64,000 nucleotides of DNA from Massalongia carnosa. Its lineage: Eukaryota. Positions 47,551 to 58,048 of the stretch are shown here, piece by piece. Below the pieces are notes generated by a model. It saw nothing but the letters and a program-made list of their open reading frames with translations, had not been told where the DNA came from and did not search any database. The DNA lies in NCBI GenBank assembly GCA_965645245.1, contig OZ287087.1, forward strand, positions 1,364,001-1,428,000. The letters are read 5' to 3'. Made by a program: the position numbers and the translations under genes. Position 1 is the stretch's first letter. Every line of letters starts with the position of its first letter.

Positions 47551-47733
47551 GTTGAGAGTATGTCTAAGCGTTGTCGCATGATAATTCAGGCTAAAGGAGG
47601 ATCTATCAAATATTGATTATTTGATTTTGCTCAGCGATCACAATATCATCAAATTTGAATGTTTGAAGTCATTGAATTGAATATTGAATTTGGAAAGTAT
47701 GTTGAAAGAAAGGGAGTAGGGTACACCCGATTG
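47551..47733 (+). mobile_element. 3' remnant of a second Tc1-like element, Tc1-B
   Basis: VESMSKRCRMIIQAKGGSIKY* (stop 47614-16) resembles the Tc1-A C-terminus; ends ACCCGATTG followed by TA. Confidence 0.78.
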
Positions 47734-47938
47734 TACACATCATGTCAACTCGTCATATGAGCTATTGATTTGTACTAATGATTGAAAATAGTTGGTAACA
47801 ATACATCCCGATTCTTTCCCAGTTCATATCTCCTTACATGACTTTCCCATCATACTTCCGTGTCATGATAACAATCTCCCATAACTCAACTTTGTAGACC
47901 TAGCCAACTTTCTTGTCATTGTATCCGCCCATAAAAAA

Positions 47939-48502
47939 TCAGAGGGCGGCGTGGTTCTGAACACGAACTCCACGGTTGCGACCATGAACCTGCTTCACCT
48001 CGGTTTCTGGCACGCATTCGCAATCGGTGTTATTTGTTGCGTCGTCGGGGCACTTGATGATGAAGCCATCGTCGCAGTATTCGTCATGGTCATCATCTCC
48101 AGCTAGAGCGAAGTCGTTGATGAGTAAAAGTTTGTGCAAAGGTTAGATGAGGATAACATGAGAGACACACTCATATGTGGCGCATTCATCACTGCGTTCG
48201 GGGGGCAACAATACGCCTTGCTGCCAGTCAAGCAACATTTTCCGTCTCCGCATTTCGACCTGCGAACCTCTTTAAACCCGTTTTTGCACTGGCCTTCGCA
48301 GATAGGTGCTGATCCTTCCCAGTAGCAGTAGGCTGTAGTGCTGATATCTGCAGGTGTAGTGATGTGGACGTCTGAGAAGTATTGATGGAGTCGTTAGTCG
48401 CTATAAATGAGCATCCTGAAAATGCTTGAATGACATACCTATGGTTGAAGCGGCGGCAAGGGCTGCGAGGAGCAAAGGTAGCTGATGTTGTAGAAAGTGC
48501 AT
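47939..48502 (-). CDS. Small secreted Cys-rich protein, copy 2, intact, 142 aa, 12 Cys (exons 48502-48439, 48371-48171, 48102-47939)
   Basis: Spliced product MHFLQHQLPLLLAALAAASTIDVHITTPADISTTAYCYWEGSAPICEGQCKNGFKEVRRSKCGDGKCCLTGSKAYCCPPNAVMNAPHMTGDDDHDEYCDDGFIIKCPDDATNNTDCECVPETEVKQVHGRNRGVRVQNHAAL; introns GTATGT..CTAAC..CAG (67 nt) and GTGTGT..CTAAC..TAG (68 nt). Confidence 0.88.
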
Positions 48503-49038
48503 GATTGACAGAGTTTTGATTGGGACTTGATAGTTTTTGCTAAAGATAATAAGAGCTTGATTGTTTGTTATTCTGGAAGCCGATGCTATTGAAAACCCAC
48601 TATCGCAGGGAAGTCTACCTGAATTATATAGCTGGGAAATGATAAAAAGACTCGATTTGAAAGCGTCAGAAAAGTATACTGTAATGCAGATACCTCTGCT
48701 AATTCCTCCTTGTCGCGGATATGAAGACGGAAAATCCAGGACGACGTGCATCAATCGATTCTCGTACACCGCATATCTTCACCGAAAGGTTTCCATTATC
48801 AGCTGCGAAAAGTCTATTCATCTAAGTCGGGTATAGCAATTGCTGTATCCATTACCTACCCCCAAGCTCATTCGAAAGAAGTAGGTATCAAGATGACATT
48901 TAGCATGTTCTTGTACTGGTGGTTGCTTTCGCATCAAAGTTCTTTCGATCAATAAGATCTAAGGCAGTGCTTTGTCGAGAATCCATAGAAAACGGGAAGG
49001 CGAAGATGCTCGTTGTCTCAATGTCTCTAGTCATGCTA

Positions 49039-50414
49039 CGAAGGATGACGCCGAAAGTCCTTGCTAACGCTAAATATGCAGCTAAAAAAGCTACTTTACA
49101 TGGGTATATTTGCATGGATAGATATTTATTATACGGTCGTACGACTCCGATCTCTCTGCCTTCTCTATACTCTTTACCTCCGTCTAACAATATCACCTCG
49201 TCAACATGTCGCTTTATACGTTCAATCCAGGACTGAATTCTTTTCTGCGTCAACTCCTCCGTCCAGCACTTTGTCCAGGCACTGGGGGCCTTTTCTTCCT
49301 GTACGATAGTGTTTGGTCGATCTATCATACATTTTTTTGCAAACGGAAGAAGCTTAGGAATTAAGACGAGTTTTTGATAACGATACCAGTCCACTCCTCC
49401 CTTGCCATCTCGAACGACTTTACCGTGTGTTTTATCGCATTTCCAGAAAGGTTTTCCACCTCCTGGATTACGTAGCTTCATTCGTCTCATGCTGGTTTCT
49501 AGCTCCCAATCTCATTGAGTTCAGCTAACTCAATTTGAGCCTCTCTTTTCTCTTTTGCGGTCTCTGTTTTCTAGATATGAAAAGGTCCTTTCTTATCGTA
49601 CGAAAAACAGCCCCAAAACAAAAACCCGGAGCATCCTTTCTATCTACGTCGAATACACGTTTTAGCATACATTTCTTTCGAGGTACGCCACTGAAGTCTT
49701 CTTCCACGTCTAGAACTCAATATAATGCTTGTTTCTTCAGTCCATATAACGTTCTTCCAATCATCAATAGTCCAGTGCTGATATCGCAAACAAAAATGCA
49801 GACGAGCCTCTTTCATGATCGAATCTAGACCTGGCGTTTTCGTGCTTTTACAGGGGCGAAACCCATTCTGTTTAAGCGTAGGAAGTATAGTAGTGGAGGA
49901 GAGTTTATGATCAAAGCCAATCATAGCTGAAGATTTTTTCTCTGCTATTTCGGTCTTGCACTACATTATTCAATACAGCTTGCTCTACCTCCGGTGTAAC
50001 CTTTTTAGGTCGTCCTGAACGAGGTGCATCTTCTATATATTCTACTTCTAAAACACGAGATACAGCTGGATCATATCCACGCAGTCGTGCTTTGATTTTG
50101 AGAGCTGATATCGATCTTGTAGAGACTCCAGTCACTGCTTGCACGATTTTTGCCGCAATTCCGTGTTCTACAAGCGCTAAAGCCTGTATTCTTTGTGCAA
50201 TCGGGAGACTATTACTCTGTGCATTGGGCATGATAATGATGATGATTAAAACCTTCTACTGAATATCAGATGTAGTATTACTGTCTTTTTGACGACGAGA
50301 ACAGAAGCAATTCGAGATTCTCTAGACTATTTTAGTACTATATTCCCCTTGTAAGCTAATAAACACTAATGCACGTCTCATGTACGCTAGCAAGGACTTC
50401 AGCGTCATCCTTCG
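49039..50414 (-). mobile_element. Tc1/mariner element Tc1-C, frameshifted and internally deleted
   Basis: TIRs CGAAGGATGACGC..AAGTCCTTGCTA; TA TSD; DAPRSGRPKK, WKNVIWTEE, VQEEKAPSA fragments; SPDLNPIE region absent; empty site in copy 1 near 41541. Confidence 0.9.
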
Positions 50415-51618
50415 TATAGACCACACGTATGACATCGGGTTGCCGATCATTTATAAGGTTGCGGATATATTCCGTGTATTATGCGCGCACTCCTCAAAAA
50501 TACATGATACATATGTATAAGCGCAATGCTCCATGCAATAAGTTAGACTACATGTGAACTCTCTCCTCGAATAGTGCATTAAAGTTTCAACCTACATATG
50601 TAAATAAAATTCTAGGTTGTGTCATGGAGTGACAAGGTCCGTCCGTTTACGGAAACCTTATAGTTGCTTATTATGTTAGAATATGCTAATCCTACATCTG
50701 ACATTGCGAAAATGCATGTTTAAATCATGGTAAAGTCAACATGACATTTAAAACGAGCGATCTCCGATTAGTCGCGTCTTTTAGTTCTCTCTTGTTTTTT
50801 TTATCCATCGTCAATCGTCTTGTCTGTTTGACTAGCAACGGAAACGCAACACCGATATTACCGCTGGTATTTCTAGTCATGACATAAACTGTGTATGTGG
50901 AGTTTCGACGAAGACCTCAGCTTAGTTCTTAGATTTGACTTTCTTTCCCGCTCGCAAAACGCATCACCCTGCCGCCGGCATCACATAATAGAATCGGGTA
51001 TTTGTAGTCATGACGTTAATTATGTAGTGTGAAGTTTTGATCAAGACTTTAGCTTAGATCCTGAATTTGACTTTCTTTCTGTTAAAACGGGCAACCGATG
51101 CCAAATACCGAAACCAGCTGACAAAGCAATCTCTATAAAGTCCGAAATCGCAAACAACCGATATGATAGGAATGGGGGCTTCTGGAATTGCTGGCAGACG
51201 GGCATAAGCAGGAGCAGTTTTACCCTGCATAGTGGTAGAAAGTCAATCATTTCTCCCAGTCTTTTGTGCACTTGTAAAGCTCGTTTGTCAAAATAGTTAT
51301 ATCACCTGCCCAGTGCTATCAATTCCGCCTGTTGCAGTCAGTCACAGTTCCAAAACTTCCCCGCTCGCAAAACGCCTCAGCCCACCGTCGGCATCACATA
51401 TGTAGGTAGGTATGGAGATCTGAGAGATCATAGGATGGGTTGAAGTAGAGACTGAGTTTATTGAACTACTGAGCTCGATAGAGCAGAATATATAGCTCAA
51501 ATGATGACTAAGTACACATGTGAAAGGGGAAATGTCGAGGACATGTGATCGAGCATGTGAAAGAGTGAGATAATTCAGGCTGATACACCCCCAGGTTGCA
51601 GAGAGTCGGAAAGCTGTA

Positions 51619-53545
51619 ATCGTGCCAAAACACTAAACCCCAGGGTCTAGGGCCTGACGGTCTACTGACGCATACAGTCTACTGACGCACTTTTCCCATT
51701 TTCACTACCATTTTCACCACCTCGTTCATCTACCACCATGCCTAACTCATATTCTAATAAGGAGGATCAAATTGTCGATGCTATAAACGCGTGGAACACG
51801 GGTGAATTTCGAAGTATACGCGCAGTAGCCATTGATTTCGATGTCGACATTCGTACGCTTCAAAGACGACTTGCTGGAGTGGGTTCGCGCATCGGTCGAT
51901 CTGGCCCCAACAAGGTCTTATCTCATGAACAAGAATTGGCCCTTTGTGAATATATTGTGATGCTCGATCAAGCCGAACAATCAGCCAGGTTTTCAATGGT
52001 TCGGGGGGCTGCTAATTATCTACTTCGAGAAGCTCATTTAGACGCCTCCATCCCCCCCCCACCTCACGTCAGCGAGGCTTGGACCAAACCTTTCCTCAAT
52101 CGTCATCCTCAATTTTTCAAGCGAAAACAAAAACCTCTGGCCGCTGAGCGAAAACACGCGCACAATGCATAAGACATGCTCGAGTATTTTGAAGCATATC
52201 GAACTGCGCGAAAGACGCGGGGAATAGCGGACGAGGACGTTTAGAACATGGATGAAACGGGCTTCGAATTGGCTGTGGCAGGGCTCATTGGGTTATATCA
52301 ACTCACTCCAGAAAGCCCTTGCTATTGACAGATCCAGATAATAGAGAATATGTCACCTCGTGTGAGTGTATTAGTGCTGGGGGGCGAAACATTCCCCCCC
52401 ATGGTGATTATCGCGGGGGTTTTGATTCTCGAAAAGTGGACACAACAAAACGATCTGAATGACGATATTTTGTTGACTACTAGTCCTACCGGCTATTCCA
52501 ATGATGATTTGGCTATTGATTGGTTGAAACATTTCGATAAACACAGTCGAAAGGGTCAGGTAGGGGCCTGGCGTATGTTGATCATGGACGGGTATGGATC
52601 TCATATGACATATGAGTTTTTTACATATGCCAAACGAAATCACATTGAATTGTTTCGTTTGCCTCCTCATTCAACACATCTTCACTCAGCCATTGGATGT
52701 AGGATGTTTTCAGCCGTTCAAACATTATCATTCCGAAGGCATTGACGAAATGGTGCGACTCGGAGGGGCAGATTTCGACAAACTGGATTTTTTGTCCAAT
52801 TTTCATCGCATGCGAAATCAAACATTCACCTCATCTACCATATTATCGTCATTCTGAAACACGGGTCTGGTGCCTTATAATCCCAATGTGGTAATTCGAA
52901 AGCTGGAGGCAATTCAAACCCGGAGACCTGCTACCCCGCCCCCACCTTTGTCAGCCCCTCTGCTCGCCAGAACGCCCCGTACGACTAAAGAGGTGGTTGA
53001 ATATGGCTTACACCTTCGAATGAGTTTGAAGAAATACAACGTGCTGGACAATGAATGGGATTGTCATGTGAATTGATTTGTGAAGGGCTCTATTTCCAAT
53101 GCGCATGCACGTTAGATTATCGAGCGGGACCTTCGAGCCAGTCAACAACAATCCATCGCGAAGGCGGCTCGTAGAAAATTGGATGGAACGGTCGCCCAGA
53201 AGGGAGGGGTCATAACTGTAGGAGATGTACGGGCCAAAACCTCGAAACGTTGTCAGAACGAGGTGGAAAAGACCAGACTGGCCTATGAACGTGCCACACT
53301 AGCTGCTGAAAAGAAGCAGATTGCCCTGGACAAAAGGTATAAAAGAATCGCCAGATCGATGCCCAGACAAGCGAAGCTATTTTACCAGCGTCATAATCAA
53401 TCAGTTTCTGCATAACCGTTGTTGTCCTCGATTTGTAGCAGAAATGGTAGTGAAAATGGGAAAAGTGCGTCAGTAGACTGTATGCGTCAGTAGACCGTCG
53501 GGCACTAGACTCTGACTCGGTTGGGGTTTAGTGTTTTGGCACGAT
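51619..53545 (+). mobile_element. pogo/Fot1-like transposon pogo-2 with degenerate transposase (51738-53415)
   Basis: TIRs ATCGTGCCAAAACACTAAACCCC...; TA TSD; NMDETGF, MDGYGSH, QPLDVGCF motifs. Confidence 0.93.
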
Positions 53546-55415
53546 TAAGGCATGCTAACAAAACGAAGGAGATGAAAAGCAGTCGAGGAGCGTATGAGCG
53601 ATTACGACGTGGGTAATGATCATTGTCAAGTATCAGTGGAAGTGGGAGAAGGCTGTGAGACGTTGAGTTGATCGCCGATATCCTCAAGACTGAGCTGGGC
53701 CATGAAGACAGCGTGTTTCTGTCGCGAAAGGATCTTCGTGAAGTCGTCGGCTGGCATCTGATTTGTTTTGATCCATTTCACGTTGATCTCATCGTGTTGG
53801 ACGGCTTGACGGAGCCACATCTGATGGATGTCAACGTGCTTGAGTTTCATCTGAAGTTTCTCAGTAGTCTTGTTGACTACTCCGACCATTTGAGCGTTGT
53901 CACAGTAGATCGTGGGTTTGATGTCGGGATCGAAGTCAAGTTGCTTGAAGAGATTGTTCCACCAGATGAGCTCGGAGCCTGTGCGAGAAATCGGCCTCAG
54001 TGGTGGATTTGGATACCGTGCGTTGCTTGGTTGCCTTCCCGTCAATTGGCAGCTTGAAGAGTTTGAAGATGTATCCATCAGAGCTGGTTCTAGAGACAGG
54101 ATCGTCGGCAAAGGAAGCGTCAGAGGCACCGAAAAAGCGTGGTTCAGTGAAGGCGAGATCTAATTCATCGTCCTCGGAGTGAGGAGCAATCCAGGAGTGG
54201 CTTTCGTTGATATTTTCGTCAGCGGAGGCCTTCATGGCGGTAGTGTACGTTTTCCAGAGGAAGCGCCATGACTGAGTGATCTGGCTGAGGTGCTTCGGGC
54301 CAGGAAAGGTGAGGTAGCGTGAGAGTACGCTGTGGGACTTGGAGACGTCAGGTCTTGTTTGAGCTGACAGGAAGCCAAGGGATCCAACAAGTTCTTGATA
54401 GACAGCTTGTAGCTTAAGGTCGATGGGGCCGATGAAGGGCTCAAGCTGTTCATCACTCATAGGACAGTCTGGGAGAGAGGTGACACCTTTGAGCAGGTCG
54501 TACTTCTTCACCACCTGTTCGATAAATGAGTCTTGACAAGCCACGTGTGCTTGAGATCGTTGCTGCGTACGACGCGGATGCCGAGAAACCAGTTGAGTTG
54601 ACCCATAGAGCGGAGCTTGAAGCGGTCTTTGAGACGCGATTCGAAGTTCTTGTGAGCATGGAGTCGGCTGGGATGAACTAGTTCAACGCTAGTTCGTGTC
54701 AATCTCGTTATATTGCTACTAAGTATGTTTGGGCTATTGCTCACAGCCCCCGGCCTCGAGAGGGGGACTCGATAAGGGCCTTGCTGTCTACTAATGTAAG
54801 ACCCTCTCGCAGGCCTTGGGCTGTGAACAGACTCCCTCTATCTAAGCGACAGAAGAACTGGAGTGGGTGGGTGGGAAAGAAAACGTTGCAAACAGTGCTA
54901 TCAAAATGCTATGCTTTTTGATTGTCTTGAGATGTGAGATGATGAGGGATACCGTCTGGGACCTCCTCTTTATATATCTTCTTCCTATTCTCCTTGTCCT
55001 ACTCTACCATCCCAGTATGCCCCATCAACGCGGCCCATAGCAAGGCATACACAAATCCGAAACCTAACTGTCGTCCGAAGGATCGATGCGGTGCTAAGAT
55101 CTCTATGCCGTGCTGAGACATCCTTATGGTGCTGAGACATCTATGCCGTCCGAGAGATCCATGCGGTGCCGAAATCAAAGCGGGAGCTGTCTCGATTAAC
55201 GACGCACTAGCTCTCAGCATAGCCGAACTAGCTAGTTCGTGTCAATCTCGTTATATTGCTACTAAGTATGTTTGGGCTATTGCTCACAGCCCCCGGCCTC
55301 GAGAGGGGGACTCGATAAGGGCCTTGCTGTCTACTAATGTAAGACCCTCTCGCAGGCCTTGGGCTGTGAACAGACTCCCAATCCCCAACATGGAACGACC
55401 CGCTTGCGGTGTTGT

Positions 55416-56231
55416 TCAGGACCTAGTGACTGGATTGTGAGGTTCCGTGGGTAATGTTTGAAGGCGTTTTGAGGCGTTAAGAAGGTAAGTGGGGTGGGTT
55501 TGTATGTAAAGCTTGTATGCGTCTGACTTCCATCTTCCTAGCATCTGAATCTCGTCTTCGGTGAGTCCTGCCCGTCGCGCTGTTGTTGCCGCACCTCTTC
55601 TGAACGAGTGGCCAGAGAAATTTCCTATATAGCCCAAGTTCCTTAAGGTGGATTTCATCGCTGTTGTAATGTAGTCTCGAGTGAAGGACTGACCGTTTTT
55701 AAAGAGTGGTGCGGCCGGAGAACTTGGGAATCGCCTATATAAATTTGTAAGAGAAGCTAGTGCACAAGCAACATCGTTGGTAGCCGCAATTGTCAGTGTT
55801 ATGCCTCGGCGAAAGGGATCGGTTTTGGAGACTGGTAGAGAGAGCTGTAGGTGATCTGCTTCGAACCTAATAGATTTTCTGGTGAGGTGCCATTGATCAA
55901 AGCTTGGGTCTAGTACATCTTGCGTTGTGTAAGTAAATTCTCCGGCTCGTAAGAAGCCTGCAAACGCTAAGCAGTACGCCGCATGTAAATTTGCGCCTTT
56001 CTCTTTCGTTTGATCAAGACGACTTAGCAATTTGATTAAGATCTCTCTAGTAATTGGTAACCTTTCACGTTTCTCGGCTTCACCGTTCTTTCGCTTTATG
56101 CCAGTAAGGATGCGATCTAACACCGGGTGATGAAATACGTCGAGATTACCGAGGCCCATATCTATCTGGCATGATCTTATGCCCGTCAAGTAGCTCTTAA
56201 TAGTTTTTGGTTGCAGGCGTCGTTCACCCAA
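55416..56231 (-). CDS. Tyrosine recombinase; frame stays open upstream toward the RT/RH end
   Basis: GFLRAGE (R), SKTD (K), GHSFRRG (HxxR), GRW.S.AYKLY (W, Y). Confidence 0.93.
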   Translation of the reverse strand: MGERRLQPKTIKSYLTGIRSCQIDMGLGNLDVFHHPVLDRILTGIKRKNGEAEKRERLPITREILIKLLSRLDQTKEKGANLHAAYCLAFAGFLRAGEFTYTTQDVLDPSFDQWHLTRKSIRFEADHLQLSLPVSKTDPFRRGITLTIAATNDVACALASLTNLYRRFPSSPAAPLFKNGQSFTRDYITTAMKSTLRNLGYIGNFSGHSFRRGAATTARRAGLTEDEIQMLGRWKSDAYKLYIQTHPTYLLNASKRLQTLPTEPHNPVTRS

Positions 56232-56431
56232 CGCTGCGATCCACGAAGACAGCGTCCGGATGTTGGCTGGAAATGGTGGCGCGTTGAGGTTTACCCTACA
56301 GTAAAGAACGTATCCCTTTCTTGCCGTTGTGTATAAAGATCTTGTCTTAGTGGCCAGGCCCCACCAGAGGTATCGTGCTGCGATTTCGTCTAGAGGTACC
56401 TCACTGTACCAAGATGGGGGTGGATCGCGTC

Positions 56432-58003
56432 CTATATTGCTGAGGGTAGAGCCTGAAACTGAGGGATTTTGTCAGCCAGTTTCTTCAAAAGTCCTCTAGA
56501 CAAGAGATCAGCAATATAATTTTCTTTGGATGATATCCATCGCGCTTCTATCTGGATATCATGTAATGCAGCTAGCATTGTAATTGCCCGCAGGGCATGC
56601 ATTGCTTGGCCTCGTATAGAGGTTTTATTCACTCCTTTCGTGACAGCGTAGCTATCACAATAGAGGATTAAATGACTACCCTTGCATATAGGTAGCCACT
56701 TTTTCATAGCTTGAAGAATTGCTGTCATTTCTTTGACGTTGATATGCTTTGCCCTAAGGCGCGTAGTAAAGCGTGTGCTAAAAGCCTGCCGGGCTGCTTG
56801 TATATTATGCAAATTTTGATCCTCGCTGAGGATAAAGCCGCCCATACCATATGAGCCGGACGCATCTGTCCATATTCTCATAGTATGTCTAGTACGGTTG
56901 AGCAGATGTATGCCATTCCATTTAGGTAGGAAATGATGCCACCATAGAAGATCAGCCCTCATGTCCTTGTTAAGATGGATTGGTTTAGAGGTTACGCTTG
57001 CCGTAGCATTGAAAAGACGGCGTAGAAAGGCTCTTCCTGGTTTTACCACTCTGGCTGCAAAGCATAAGAATCCTAGAAGAGAGTCGAGTTCCTTCCTGGG
57101 TATGGCTTTTTTATTCAAAGCTGCCGATACTAGGGTCTTTGCTTTTAGTAACTTTTCGGAAGGCAAGCGTGCTTCCATGAGCGCGGTATCGATTTCAATG
57201 CCGAGGAAATCGCAAGTCGTTCCAGTTCTGTTCTTTTCGAGCTTGATTTTCATGCCAAGATCTTTACAAATGTTGTGGAAAACTTGATCAAACTTTTCAG
57301 CATCTGGTCCGGTGCTGACTATTATTAAAAAATCATCCAAGTAATGAATAGCGTCTTTCCAACCACAGTTGTACAATATCCAGTTGATACCCTTCGCGAA
57401 CAGATCAAAAAGGAACGGCGACGTTCTCAGCCCAAAGGGTAAGTATTTATCCATCCAAAAGGAATCCTGCCACTTGAAACCTAGTAACCACCAATCGCTT
57501 TTTGCTACTAGTATGTGGCGAAAAGCGTCCGCAAAGTCTCTTTTAATAAGAATACACCCTGGCCCGCGTTGCTCAATCAACCTAATGGCTTCGTCGAAGC
57601 TGGTATATTCCAGGGAGCCCCAGTCTTCCGGTATGTGGTCGTTGACTGAGCTACTCTCCGGATACGATAGATGATGGATTCGCCGCCAACCACCGTTAGC
57701 CTTTGGTACAAGGCCTAATGGGGAACATATAAAGCAAGAAGGAATGTTGTTGACTTTCTCCAACCGATTACTAGCTATTTGTTCTTCGAGGTCATTGGTA
57801 AGAACTTCCGGTGCCTCATTTGCAGAGGCAAGATTATCGCTAATAATGAGTTGATGTGGTCCTGTATAACCAACTTTGGCACCGTAGGTGATGATATCGA
57901 TAATTGTTTGTGTGTAAGTGCGATCCGGGTGATTGGCCAAATGTTTCTCCCAGCCTTCTTTCTTCAATGGGCCCGGTGGGATCTTTGTTAGATTGTCCGT
58001 CAA
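56432..58003 (-). CDS. DIRS/Ngaro-type reverse transcriptase-RNase H
   Basis: PLGLVPK..WRRIHHLS, DFADAF, LPFGLRTSP, YLDDF, WTDAS, INVKE, YCDS, ADLLSR. Confidence 0.95.
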   Translation of the reverse strand: MTDNLTKIPPGPLKKEGWEKHLANHPDRTYTQTIIDIITYGAKVGYTGPHQLIISDNLASANEAPEVLTNDLEEQIASNRLEKVNNIPSCFICSPLGLVPKANGGWRRIHHLSYPESSSVNDHIPEDWGSLEYTSFDEAIRLIEQRGPGCILIKRDFADAFRHILVAKSDWWLLGFKWQDSFWMDKYLPFGLRTSPFLFDLFAKGINWILYNCGWKDAIHYLDDFLIIVSTGPDAEKFDQVFHNICKDLGMKIKLEKNRTGTTCDFLGIEIDTALMEARLPSEKLLKAKTLVSAALNKKAIPRKELDSLLGFLCFAARVVKPGRAFLRRLFNATASVTSKPIHLNKDMRADLLWWHHFLPKWNGIHLLNRTRHTMRIWTDASGSYGMGGFILSEDQNLHNIQAARQAFSTRFTTRLRAKHINVKEMTAILQAMKKWLPICKGSHLILYCDSYAVTKGVNKTSIRGQAMHALRAITMLAALHDIQIEARWISSKENYIADLLSRGLLKKLADKIPQFQALPSAI

Positions 58004-58048
58004 GGTGTATGGAAAGGACTCCGCGATGGATAAGAATGGGGCGGTTAG

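Larger units (their letters stand above)
47734..51352. repeat. Segmental duplication, copy 2 (contains Tc1-C)
   Basis: Colinear with 40285-42726 once 49039-50414 is removed. Confidence 0.92.

Noticed and set aside
54999..55220. Duplicated 73-aa ORF (also 59395-59616)
   Set aside because: Lies inside the Ngaro A repeats; no coding evidence.
55285..55360. HDV-like fold in the Ngaro B repeat (sense strand contains GGCCTGC)
   Set aside because: L3, P1.1, P4 and J4/2 do not fit; a simple long hairpin explains the pairing.
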